DNA of 64,000 bases from a bacterium (GTDB lineage Bacteria; Hydrothermota; Tepidihabitantia; B3-TA06): the NCBI GenBank assembly GCA_012517375.1, contig JAAYVC010000101.1:19438-83437 (forward strand), written 5' to 3'. A program made the position numbers and the translations under genes. Under the pieces are notes generated by a model. The model saw only the letters and a list, made by a program, of their open reading frames with translations. It was not told where the DNA came from and did no database searches. This document shows positions 18,341 to 29,185 of the stretch, in pieces; position 1 is the first letter of the stretch; each line of letters starts with the position of its first letter.

Positions 18341-18784
18341 GTGAATATTACGCTCGAAAACATCCATATGATATTGAGGGAACTTATTGACGGAACGCCT
18401 GGCGTAACATTAGGAATGCTTCTGGGTGAGGAGGGACTTCCGCTATATCTTTACCCGGCATCTGAGGTGTCAGCAAACCAGATTGACAAAGCCGCGATTT
18501 CTGCTCTGAACCTTTTGAGTACTGCCGAGAAAACTTCCACATACCTTGATTTACATGGATTAAAAGGCGTGCTCGTGAGAACTGAAAACGGGTATGTATA
18601 TGGAATAAGGGTAAAAGGCATTAAAGAAAGTACCTTCGTAGCAAAGACGGACTTGAGCATCTCATTAGGCGCCTTGTTTATGGCGGTGCACGAAACATGC
18701 AATAAGCTTACAATGGCTATGGCTAATATAAGTCCTTCAACAAATTTCAACCAAAATATCATTTTTGGTAAAGCGTTAAGGTAG
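18341..18784 (+). CDS. Roadblock/LC7 (MglB-like) domain protein
   Basis: pattern GTPGVTLGMLLGEEGLPLY...GLKGVLVRTENGYVY...LGALFM typical of Roadblock/LC7; TTGACA..TATACT promoter upstream. Confidence 0.6.
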   Translation: MNITLENIHMILRELIDGTPGVTLGMLLGEEGLPLYLYPASEVSANQIDKAAISALNLLSTAEKTSTYLDLHGLKGVLVRTENGYVYGIRVKGIKESTFVAKTDLSISLGALFMAVHETCNKLTMAMANISPSTNFNQNIIFGKALR

Positions 18785-19050
18785 ATTAAAACAACAAGGA
18801 ATCGATTGTCATATATTCTTCTTGGGCAATCGAGTGTTCTTTTGAAAACTTGGAGTTGTTTACAAGCGGACTACCCTGCACGTATTGTTGCAAGCGGGTT
18901 TGAGTGAAAAGGACTCCAATGCGTAATGTAATCTGATTATTCTCAAGACTCGATATCAGACATTTTACCTATTGACTAGGTTTAATTCCGTATTATTATT
19001 ATTATCATGGTTAAGTAATCGTTGAACAGGAGAGTTTAAGATGTTTTCTG

Positions 19051-20292
19051 ATGTTTCAGAGGGTTTTACGCATGACAAGCACCATGGTTAAAACGGATGA
19101 TAAGGGTTTGAAATCGGGAGTTGCTATCTCAGAAAAGCCCTGTATCTTACTTGTAGATGATGAAGAGATTTTTGCAAAAACAATGTCCCTTTTCCTTTCG
19201 AAGCGCGGTTTTGAAGTGGAGGTCGCCTCTACCGCTCCACAAGCTCTTTCCATATTATCTTCAAAAGATTTCAACCTGCTTGTAACAGATCTAAACATGC
19301 CTGGAATGGATGGGGTGGAGCTAATCAGAAAAGTCAGGGAGATTAAACCGCATCAGAAGATTCTTGTCTTTACCGGATTTCCATCTCGTGAGTCGCAAGA
19401 AGAGGCCTATCGCCTTGGCGCAATAAACTATATCGTTAAGCCTTTTACTTCTGAACGTTTTCTTGAACTTTTGCGCAAAGCCTTAACTGTTAACAACGAA
19501 GGCCTTCTGGGTCCGGTAGAGTTAACCTTTGAGGATCTTGTCCAGGTATACGCTCAACAACAAAAATCATTGCTAATCGAGATTCAGAAGGGCGATGAGA
19601 AAGGATATATATATTTCAAGAAGGGCCGCATCGTCCATGCAGAGACAAAAAACAATATCGGCGCAGAGGCTTTCTACGAGATTCAATCGTGGAAAGCCGG
19701 CAGATTCAAAGCGGATAACTACGATTCAGAAATAAAACAAACTATAAACACAACTGTCGACGCCTTGCTTCTTGAAGGTGCAAGGATCGAGGATGAAAAA
19801 GCAAAGTCAGTCGCTAAACCCTCTCCGGCAAAAAAAACGAGAGACTTAAGTAAGGAGGATAGGGCTGACGCAAACAAGCCGCAAAGGAGGCAGTCTATGC
19901 CCTCTATGATAGAAGAAATAAACTCGGCCTTGAAGGATCTGGCTGACAACACTCCCGGCCTTAGTCTTTCGCTTCTCGTCGATAACGAAGGCCTACCCGT
20001 TGCAAGATATACCTCTATTCAGATGCAGGAAGGAGCTGCAGAAAGGGTAGCCGTAGCATCCTTAGCGTTATTGGGATTGGCCCGCCGCAATACTGACCAG
20101 CTAGGTCTTCAGGGATTTCAGGAAGTGCTTATTAAAGCTGATACAGGCTACATATACTCTGTTTCAGTCGGAGGTTCAGCAGGTTATGTTCTTGTGGCTC
20201 GAACCGATCAATCAGTAACCCTTGGCGCTTTGTTTATGACTGTTCGTACGGCTCGTGAACGAATCAACAAAGCAATGGGTATAACACTTTAA
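19051..20292 (+). CDS. response regulator: REC receiver + DUF4388 + C-terminal Roadblock/LC7 domain
   Basis: REC LLVDDEE...LLVTDLNMPGMDG...K; DUF4388-like LTFEDLVQVYAQQQKSLLIEI...GYIYFKKGRIVHAE..GAEAFYEIQSWKAGRF; C-terminal PGLSLSLLVDNEGLPV...GALFM Roadblock. Confidence 0.65.
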   Translation: MFQRVLRMTSTMVKTDDKGLKSGVAISEKPCILLVDDEEIFAKTMSLFLSKRGFEVEVASTAPQALSILSSKDFNLLVTDLNMPGMDGVELIRKVREIKPHQKILVFTGFPSRESQEEAYRLGAINYIVKPFTSERFLELLRKALTVNNEGLLGPVELTFEDLVQVYAQQQKSLLIEIQKGDEKGYIYFKKGRIVHAETKNNIGAEAFYEIQSWKAGRFKADNYDSEIKQTINTTVDALLLEGARIEDEKAKSVAKPSPAKKTRDLSKEDRADANKPQRRQSMPSMIEEINSALKDLADNTPGLSLSLLVDNEGLPVARYTSIQMQEGAAERVAVASLALLGLARRNTDQLGLQGFQEVLIKADTGYIYSVSVGGSAGYVLVARTDQSVTLGALFMTVRTARERINKAMGITL

Positions 20293-20315
20293 TCGCCTTG
20301 GAACAGGAGGCCTAA

Positions 20316-20807
20316 ATGACATCATCTCTTGATCCTTTAACAGAGTTGCTGGCCAATACATTATTCGATGGCGCCTACAGGGCTACGGGTTATATTTTAG
20401 GGCCGCAACAACTTAAAGCGTTTGTTCGCTCGTTTGCAGAAGTCGCTTTTGAACATATGCTTACAAAGACATCCAAAACAGTTCAGGGTAAAGACGCAGT
20501 GTCCGCAGCTTCAGCCTGGGCTAGTGTGGAGACCGAACTTGGATTATATAAGTCTGATCACACTGAGATTTCTGCTACTGCTGAAGGTTTTGAGGCAACA
20601 TATACTGACTGCAATTATGCCGAAGCTTGTGGTTCTGTTCTTGCAGATCTCATCTCTCAGGGCGTCATGGACAAAGAAGAGTTGCCGTGCATGCGATGCA
20701 GTCTTTCTGTTGCTGCTGTTCAGAAGGTAACTCGAGCAAAATCCAAGTATAAAATGATTCAGCACGCACCAGGTTTTCGCTGCCGCTGCAGCGTGGTTAC
20801 AATATAA
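20316..20807 (+). CDS. hypothetical Cys-containing protein (possible degenerate V4R-like)
   Basis: first gene of tightly packed operon; C-terminal CNYAEACG...CMRCS..RCRCS; weak. Confidence 0.35.
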   Translation: MTSSLDPLTELLANTLFDGAYRATGYILGPQQLKAFVRSFAEVAFEHMLTKTSKTVQGKDAVSAASAWASVETELGLYKSDHTEISATAEGFEATYTDCNYAEACGSVLADLISQGVMDKEELPCMRCSLSVAAVQKVTRAKSKYKMIQHAPGFRCRCSVVTI

Positions 20808-20824
20808 TTACCTAAGGAGAAATC

Positions 20825-21403
20825 ATGGCTCAGCCAAATGCAGCAATATTAGAATCCTATCTAAAGACTTTCATGATTGACGCAGAACACTCTCGCATCA
20901 GAATAGGAAATCATGAAGTTGCCTTTCATTGCGATAAATTCAATACCCGAATTATAAAAGGTCTTGAAGACGTTATAGGCGTGGCAGACTCCTACAAGCT
21001 TCTTGTTGCGTCCGCAGAAAAAGCCACGCTTCAGATGTTTTCTGATTTTCTGGTTTCTGAGATTAAACCCCAATTCGATGCACTCTCACCCGAAGACAAG
21101 TTTACCACACTTGTTGAGATAGGGAAACTTCTTGGTTACGGAGCGCTTAATGCATCCCGAATAAGCGATAAAGGAGGGGAGTTTTCTTCGCCATCTTCAT
21201 ATCTGGCTGAAGGATGGTTGGAAAACCAAACTCGCTGGAATTGGAAGCAGCGCACTGATCCTGTATGTTATGACATGTGCGGTTTTATAGCCGGAGTTCT
21301 CTCTATTGTTTATGGAAAACCTGCTGGAACCTATAAAGTTACTGAGATGGAATGCCGTTCAAAGGGAGACTCCGTATGCAATTTTAAGGCGGAGGTAAAG
21401 TAA
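20825..21403 (+). CDS. V4R (4-vinyl reductase/Bet3-like) domain protein
   Basis: C-terminal VCYDMCGFIAGVLSIVYGKPAGTYKVTEMECRSKGDSVCNFKAEV matches V4R Cys pattern. Confidence 0.55.
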   Translation: MAQPNAAILESYLKTFMIDAEHSRIRIGNHEVAFHCDKFNTRIIKGLEDVIGVADSYKLLVASAEKATLQMFSDFLVSEIKPQFDALSPEDKFTTLVEIGKLLGYGALNASRISDKGGEFSSPSSYLAEGWLENQTRWNWKQRTDPVCYDMCGFIAGVLSIVYGKPAGTYKVTEMECRSKGDSVCNFKAEVK

Positions 21404-21404
21404 A

Positions 21405-22016
21405 ATGCCTATTAATGCAGATCAGATTAGAGAAGCCGTTGCCGGTCTCGGGCTTGTTGGCGATAAGGAAACCGGAATCCTTCGCAGATTCGGAGTGATT
21501 CTTGCAAACAATTCGGTCGATTTTCTCGTAGGCAGAGAGATAGATTTCATCGATTTTCTTGGCCCCAAGGCTTTGAATCTTGCCGAAAAAGTTTTAATAG
21601 ATGCAGCCCAATGGTGCGCCAATGCCACTTTTGGTGGTATAATGGCCTCCCAAGAGTGGAAAGGCCTTATTGAACCCGAGATAAAGTCCGTTCATGACAG
21701 GTTTGCCGGTCTTGTTGCAATAACGAATTGTCTGGGCTGGGGCAAGATATCAGAATTCAAGGTTGACGAAGCAAACGAGAAAGTCGAATTCACCGTGGAT
21801 CATTCGTATTACGTAGACGCCTGGAAAAAGCGCTTCGGCAAATCCGATAGGCCAATATGCTATATGTGGACCGGCGTTGCAGGAGGTTATGCCGACTTGC
21901 TTTTCAAAGGCGAAGTCCACAGCCATGCAGGGACCGAAACAGAATGTGCGGCTGTAAAAGGGTCTCTCTGCAAATTCATTGGTGAACCTCATTCAAAGAA
22001 GTTCGATTTAAGATAG
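21405..22016 (+). CDS. V4R domain protein
   Basis: C-terminal ICYMWTGVAGGYADLLFKGEVHSHAGTETECAAVKGSLCKF; start 1 nt after previous stop. Confidence 0.55.
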   Translation: MPINADQIREAVAGLGLVGDKETGILRRFGVILANNSVDFLVGREIDFIDFLGPKALNLAEKVLIDAAQWCANATFGGIMASQEWKGLIEPEIKSVHDRFAGLVAITNCLGWGKISEFKVDEANEKVEFTVDHSYYVDAWKKRFGKSDRPICYMWTGVAGGYADLLFKGEVHSHAGTETECAAVKGSLCKFIGEPHSKKFDLR

Positions 22017-22017
22017 G

Positions 22018-23217
22018 GTGAACATAAAACGTCTGCGAAGTTTCTTCCCTGCGCTTTCAGACGGAAAAAAAATATACTTTGATAATGCGGCGACCTCGTT
22101 GACACCTAAACCGGTAATCGACGAGGTCGTCAGTTATTACGAGAAATTCGGGGTCAATGCGGGGAGGGGCGCCTACAGGCTTGCCTTTGAACTCAGTATG
22201 AAACTTGAAGAAGCCCGCGAAAACGTGGCTTCATTCATAAATGCCTCACCGGAAGAAATTGTCTTTACTTTTAATACCACCGATTCCATTAATAAGCTTG
22301 CCCTGTCGCTTGACTTAAAACCAGAAGACCGTGTTTTGATTACTCAAATAGAGCATCATTCGAATCTTCTCCCGTGGAAATTATTGGAAAAGAATAAAGA
22401 AGTCAAGGTTGACGTATTGCCTGTTAATGAAGAGGGGGGAATCGATATTGATCTCCTTGATAAATACTTGAAGAATAAATCGAAGATGTTTGCATTCACG
22501 GCTGCATCAAACGTACTCGGAACAATACTGAAGGCGAAAGAAATGTCTGATTTAGCTCATACCAATGGAGCACTCGTATTAATTGATGCAGCCCAAATAG
22601 TTGGTCACAGAAAATTCGATGCAAGGGAAGTAGGTTGTGATTTCGCGGCTTTCTCTGCCCACAAGATGTGTGGTCCTCCTGGCGTCGGAGTGCTTTATAT
22701 AAAAAAAGGCGCTGAAAAGCATCTCTCGCCCGCTTTTCTTGGCGGAGGAACTGTCAAGGAAATTTCTGGAAATCAATTTTTTCTAAGGGAACATCCTTAT
22801 GATTTTGAGCCAGGAACACTTAATATACCTGGCATACTCGGTTTTAATCAGGCAGTCAAGTTTGTTGAAAACATAGGCTTGGATAACATTGAAAGAAAGA
22901 TTCAAAATCTTTACCGGTTTATTATTAACGAGCTATCATCGAACAAGAATATTCTCTTGTACAACAACACTCTGGAAGAAAATGTAGGAATAGTCTCCTT
23001 TAATATTAAAGGCGTTTCGCCGCACCAGGCTGCCGTTGCATACGATAATCTTGGCAATATCATGCTTCGTTCAGGATTTCATTGTGCAATCCCTTTCGTA
23101 CAAGCCATAGGAGCTAAAGAAGGAACCATACGCGCCTCCGTAGCCTTCTACAATACCATAGAAGAAGCAGAGCGTTTTATTGAAATTACTTCCGAGGTCA
23201 TCTCCGCAATTAAATGA
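22018..23217 (+). CDS. class V aminotransferase-fold PLP enzyme, cysteine-desulfurase-like (SufS/NifS family)
   Basis: N-terminus FPAL...IYFDNAATSLTPKPV; PLP-lysine motif FSAHKMCGPPGVG; GTG start 1 nt after upstream stop. Confidence 0.7.
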   Translation: MNIKRLRSFFPALSDGKKIYFDNAATSLTPKPVIDEVVSYYEKFGVNAGRGAYRLAFELSMKLEEARENVASFINASPEEIVFTFNTTDSINKLALSLDLKPEDRVLITQIEHHSNLLPWKLLEKNKEVKVDVLPVNEEGGIDIDLLDKYLKNKSKMFAFTAASNVLGTILKAKEMSDLAHTNGALVLIDAAQIVGHRKFDAREVGCDFAAFSAHKMCGPPGVGVLYIKKGAEKHLSPAFLGGGTVKEISGNQFFLREHPYDFEPGTLNIPGILGFNQAVKFVENIGLDNIERKIQNLYRFIINELSSNKNILLYNNTLEENVGIVSFNIKGVSPHQAAVAYDNLGNIMLRSGFHCAIPFVQAIGAKEGTIRASVAFYNTIEEAERFIEITSEVISAIK

Positions 23218-23525
23218 AGAAGATCATTACAATTGAAGGTCGCCAAACTACTTACTACAGCACCAATCTTTGCAGTTACGGAGAAAAAGGTGACTATGAA
23301 CTATTTCCATCCGAAGAACAGAAATTGGACATGATAAAGCTAAAAGACAGACTCTTGCTTTTTACATCTGTAAAGGGAAGCAACCTGGCTGTTCAATTTA
23401 TCTATGCCGATACCAAAGTAACTATCTATGAGGAGGGTAGGTTACTTCTGCTGGGAGTTACACCCGATACGCATGAACAGGCATTCAAAATATTGCTGAG
23501 GATTCTAAACCTTTCTGACAAATGA
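23214..23525 (+). CDS. hypothetical small protein (103 aa), translationally coupled to desulfurase-like gene
   Basis: ATGA overlap with 22018..23217 stop; no motif recognised. Confidence 0.4.
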   Translation: MKKIITIEGRQTTYYSTNLCSYGEKGDYELFPSEEQKLDMIKLKDRLLLFTSVKGSNLAVQFIYADTKVTIYEEGRLLLLGVTPDTHEQAFKILLRILNLSDK

Positions 23526-23945
23526 AAAATCATCCATACTGCACCTTATCTTGGGTTATCAGTAATTATACCTATTGACGCTCACTTCAAATGAATCATC
23601 ATTAACGCGTTACAGGAGGAACTGCTATGAGTATAATCAAAACCCTGCCGCGCAGGAAAAGCCGTCGAAAGAGAGAGAGTCTTTGCGACTTTCTCAGTGA
23701 ACTATATGAAGACATTATTCCGGCACGAGAAGATACCCCAGCAATCAGTAGGCGCAAGCATAAAAATGTTCAAAGTAATATACCTTCGGGTCATTTCTTC
23801 CCTCCGAATTCATCCGCTAAGGCACTCACGCTTTTGATTAAGAATTCATGTATTTAATCTGAATAATACTCGTTAAAATACTTCGTTCATTTTGCATTCT
23901 GTTTAATCAATAAAATTCAGTAAGATAAAGAGAAGGGATGTGTTA

Positions 23946-23973
23946 TTGACAGTCATTATTCCACAGCTATAAT
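23946..23973 (+). promoter_or_regulatory. consensus sigma70 promoter TTGACA-16-TATAAT driving 24060..25181
   Basis: perfect -35 and -10 hexamers read directly; ~80 nt leader. Confidence 0.6.
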
Positions 23974-24059
23974 GTATATCAACTAGGTTAAAATGATTGA
24001 AGTCTATCTAAAATTCCTTGGGTACTTGAATACAATTTTATTTTTAAGAAAGGATTAGT

Positions 24060-25181
24060 ATGGACGGTAAGAAAAATATACTAATCGTAGATGATGAGAT
24101 TGATTTTGCGAAAAACCTAGAAACATTATTGTCAACAAGAGGTTTTGATTGTAAAGCGGTTTTCAGCAGCGAACAGGCTATCGAAACTACTGCAAGAAAG
24201 AAGTTTCAGCTTGTAATTGTGGATTTGAATATGCCTGAAATGGACGGCATACAATTGATCAGAAAAATAAAAGCGGTTAATCCCAAGCAGCAAATCTTGA
24301 TAATAACCGGGTTCCCTTCCCATGACTCTCAAGCTGAGGCATTCGAACTCGGGGTTCAAAATTATTTAGTTAAACCCTTTTCAACCAATGAATTTCTTGA
24401 AACAGCATCTAAGTTACTTGATTATACTGAAGATGATAAGTCAATGGTTCTTTCCGGACCTGTTGTGCTTAATTATGAAAACTTGATACAGATGTATGCA
24501 AGGGAGGGGAAAAGTATGATTCTCGAAATCAGACACAAGGGAGATATTGGTCGGATATATTTTGAAAAAGGGAAAGTATGCCATGCTGAAACCAAGAAAT
24601 TTCAAGGTGAACAAGCTTTTTTTGAAATTCAAAATTGGAACGCGGGCTTGTTTGAAACCAAGTCTTTGGACTTTTCTTTCCCGAAAACAATTAATAAAAG
24701 CTTGGAATCATTACTTCTCAAGACCGTAAAATCAGCCGATTCAGAAAAGATTATCGAACAAAAAACAAAAAAAACTCCAACTCAAAGGAGGAACCAAATG
24801 GCGAATTTGGACGAAATCCTGGCCGAATTCAGATCCGAAGTCGCTGAATTCGTATCGACAGATATCGTAGAGATAGCATCAGGCTTGTCTATCGGAGGAG
24901 GCTCGATATATCCTGATTTTGACGCAACCGTAGCTTCCGCCGCTTATGCTGATGTCGTAAAAGCAAATGAAAGGGCTATCTTTGCACTTGGCGGTAAAGA
25001 TGCTTTAGGTTCAACCGAAGACATACTGATTACTACGGAGAAAGCCTATATACTTATTGTTGTTTACCCTGGAAACAAATTCTATCACGGTCTGGCGATT
25101 ACCAGAAAAGGTAACCTTGGTATGGCAAGAGTAATAATGAAGAAGTATGTACCTAGAATCCTTGAGGTAATTCCCAAGTAG
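24060..25181 (+). CDS. response regulator paralog: REC + DUF4388 + C-terminal Roadblock-like domain
   Basis: REC ILIVDDE...VIVDLNMPEMDG; DUF4388-like LNYENLIQMYAREGKSMILEI..GRIYFEKGKVCHAE..GEQAFFEIQNWNAGLF; same architecture as 19051..20292. Confidence 0.6.
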   Translation: MDGKKNILIVDDEIDFAKNLETLLSTRGFDCKAVFSSEQAIETTARKKFQLVIVDLNMPEMDGIQLIRKIKAVNPKQQILIITGFPSHDSQAEAFELGVQNYLVKPFSTNEFLETASKLLDYTEDDKSMVLSGPVVLNYENLIQMYAREGKSMILEIRHKGDIGRIYFEKGKVCHAETKKFQGEQAFFEIQNWNAGLFETKSLDFSFPKTINKSLESLLLKTVKSADSEKIIEQKTKKTPTQRRNQMANLDEILAEFRSEVAEFVSTDIVEIASGLSIGGGSIYPDFDATVASAAYADVVKANERAIFALGGKDALGSTEDILITTEKAYILIVVYPGNKFYHGLAITRKGNLGMARVIMKKYVPRILEVIPK

Positions 25182-25208
25182 CGCTTGCTTTATAAATGCT
25201 TATAATAC

Positions 25209-25235
25209 AAAAACCCCAATAATGATTGGGGTTTT
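25209..25235. terminator. bidirectional rho-independent terminator AAAACCCCAAT-aatg-ATTGGGGTTTT
   Basis: perfect 11-bp palindrome with A/T runs on both sides, between convergent 24060..25181 and tRNA-His. Confidence 0.65.
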
Positions 25236-25245
25236 CCATCAGAAG

Positions 25246-25318
25246 GGTGGGTGAGGGGATTTGAACCCCCAACAACTTGAGCCACAGTCAAGCACTCTGC
25301 CATTGAGCTACACCCACC
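25246..25318 (-). tRNA. tRNA-His (GTG) with encoded G-1
   Basis: rc G-GTGGGTG/TA/GCTC..GAGT/CTTGA-CTGTGGC-TCAAG/GGGGG-TTCAAAT-CCCCT/CACCCAC+C; anticodon GTG; extra 5' G typical of tRNA-His. Confidence 0.85.
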
Positions 25319-25453
25319 ATTGATGAGGCATTTTATCCGAATCCCTCAGGGTGTCAACACCCAAACGATTAAAAAATACCTGCAATCGTAAACACTTGAC
25401 CTTTCTTCTTTATCTAATATACTTTCTGCAAACCTTAAATATAGGAGATCACA

Positions 25454-25951
25454 ATGAATAAAAAGATGTTTCTGGGATTCTTGACAGCGGTGTCTCTGCT
25501 GTTTCTTAATTGCGGCTTGTCGCCTAAAAAACAACAAGAAGAAACAGTCGTGGAAACCGGCAAAGGCAAGATTTTTGCTAATCAAGTCAAGGATGCTATA
25601 GAAAATGCGGGGCCATTCAAAGTCAGCACCAAGGTGTTAAAAAGAGGCGATGAATATGACGTCAGGGTTGAACTGAAGACTGCATCCAGAACCGATGAGG
25701 ATTGGAATTCAATGTCCTCTGAAGAGCAATACGGCTACTTCATGGGTGTCTGCGCAGGAGCTACCGGTATTCTTGCCGCTCAATCAATTGATGATTTTGA
25801 TTTTGCGGATCTGCTGATAGATTATAAAGGAGAAACCTGGTCAATTCCGATCAACTACTGCTCCTACCTCGCTTCAGCGAGCATGTCCGGCACAATGAGC
25901 GACGAAGATATCGGCACCAAGCTTTTGGATAAATTGGAGAAAGTAAAATAG
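25454..25951 (+). CDS. hypothetical lipoprotein
   Basis: signal peptide ending in lipobox LFLNC. Confidence 0.5.
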   Translation: MNKKMFLGFLTAVSLLFLNCGLSPKKQQEETVVETGKGKIFANQVKDAIENAGPFKVSTKVLKRGDEYDVRVELKTASRTDEDWNSMSSEEQYGYFMGVCAGATGILAAQSIDDFDFADLLIDYKGETWSIPINYCSYLASASMSGTMSDEDIGTKLLDKLEKVK

Positions 25952-26014
25952 ACACAAGCTCTTAACTAAGCTGAAAGACCTTTTCAAACAATGCCTGTTG
26001 ATTTATTCGCTTGA

Positions 26015-28054
<2,040 letters not shown>

Positions 28055-28139
28055 GAAATCAGATGAGCATTCCAATCTATGTTTTTAATTTTCTTCAGTT
28101 AACTATATTTTTTCGAACGCTGCTCGGGTGTGTTGAGAA

Positions 28140-28802
28140 GTGAGTTCCACAAACTCTGAAGACTTGTACATAATCGCTCGCGAGAATATGGTCAAGACCC
28201 AATTGCTGAAAAGGGACATCGCTGATAAACGCGTACTTGAAGCTTTCCGGAAAGTCCCCAGGCATTTGTTTGTTCCTGTTGATAACCGGTCAAATGCCTA
28301 CGAAGACTGCCCGCTTCCCATTGGATTCGGTCAAACAATCTCGCAACCTTTAATGGTTGCCTTAATGACTCAATTGCTTCATCTTAAGGGGAATGAGAAA
28401 GTGCTTGAGATTGGCACGGGATCAGGATATCAAGCCGCCATTTTAGCTGAACTTTGCCGCGATGTATACACCATCGAATGTATTAAAGAGCTTAGCGATC
28501 TTGCCAGTGATATCCTCTTTTCTCTTGAATATAAGAATATTCACGTTAAAACAGGCGATGGATATTCAGGATGGCCCGAGGAAGCTCCTTTTGACGCTAT
28601 AATCATCACCTGTGCGCCGGAATATGTCCCCCCTCCTCTTTTCGAACAACTTAAGATAGGGGGGAGGCTTATTGTTCCGCTTGGCCCCCAGCACAAGATT
28701 CAATCGCTGACTATTTTTTTAAAAGACGAGTCCGGAATCTCCGAAAAATACGAAGGAGGGTGTTTTTTTGTTCCCATGAAGGGAATGGTTGAGAATAACT
28801 AA
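28140..28802 (+). CDS. pcm: protein-L-isoaspartate O-methyltransferase
   Basis: SAM-binding VLEIGTGSGYQAAILAE; length ~210 aa. Confidence 0.85.
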   Translation: MSSTNSEDLYIIARENMVKTQLLKRDIADKRVLEAFRKVPRHLFVPVDNRSNAYEDCPLPIGFGQTISQPLMVALMTQLLHLKGNEKVLEIGTGSGYQAAILAELCRDVYTIECIKELSDLASDILFSLEYKNIHVKTGDGYSGWPEEAPFDAIIITCAPEYVPPPLFEQLKIGGRLIVPLGPQHKIQSLTIFLKDESGISEKYEGGCFFVPMKGMVENN

Positions 28803-28867
28803 CATCTTTGATTAACTCCAGATTGACTTTTATAAAGACTTGCGTATTATTCGAAAAGGAGACTCAT

Positions 28868-29185
28868 ATGCTTCAGATAAAAACCGAAGAGGATTTCAGA
28901 AGGGAAGTGCTTGAAGCTGAAGTTCCTGTTTTAGTTGACTTCTGGGCTTCGTGGTGTCATCCTTGTACAATTCTTGGACCTGTAATCGAAGAACTGTCTA
29001 AAGATTACGCTTCAAAAGCTAAGGTAGTCAAAGTCAATGTTGATGAATCTCGCGTATTAGCCCAAGCTTACAACATAATGAGTATTCCGACTGTCATATT
29101 TTTCAGTAAAGGACAAATTGCAGATCGCAGCATAGGTGCAGTACCAAAAGAAGTTTTAAGCGAGAAACTTAATGCTTTGCTTTGA
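28868..29185 (+). CDS. trxA: thioredoxin with atypical WCHPC active site
   Basis: VLVDFWASWCHPC...SIPTVIFF; start taken at ATG 28868 (track ORF begins at 28808). Confidence 0.75.
   Translation: MLQIKTEEDFRREVLEAEVPVLVDFWASWCHPCTILGPVIEELSKDYASKAKVVKVNVDESRVLAQAYNIMSIPTVIFFSKGQIADRSIGAVPKEVLSEKLNALL

Noticed and set aside
23627-23857. 76-aa ORF in the 530-bp gap before the second response regulator
   Set aside because: Arg/Lys-rich low-complexity N-terminus, no RBS, not co-oriented evidence; kept only as a possibility (region more likely leader/regulatory)
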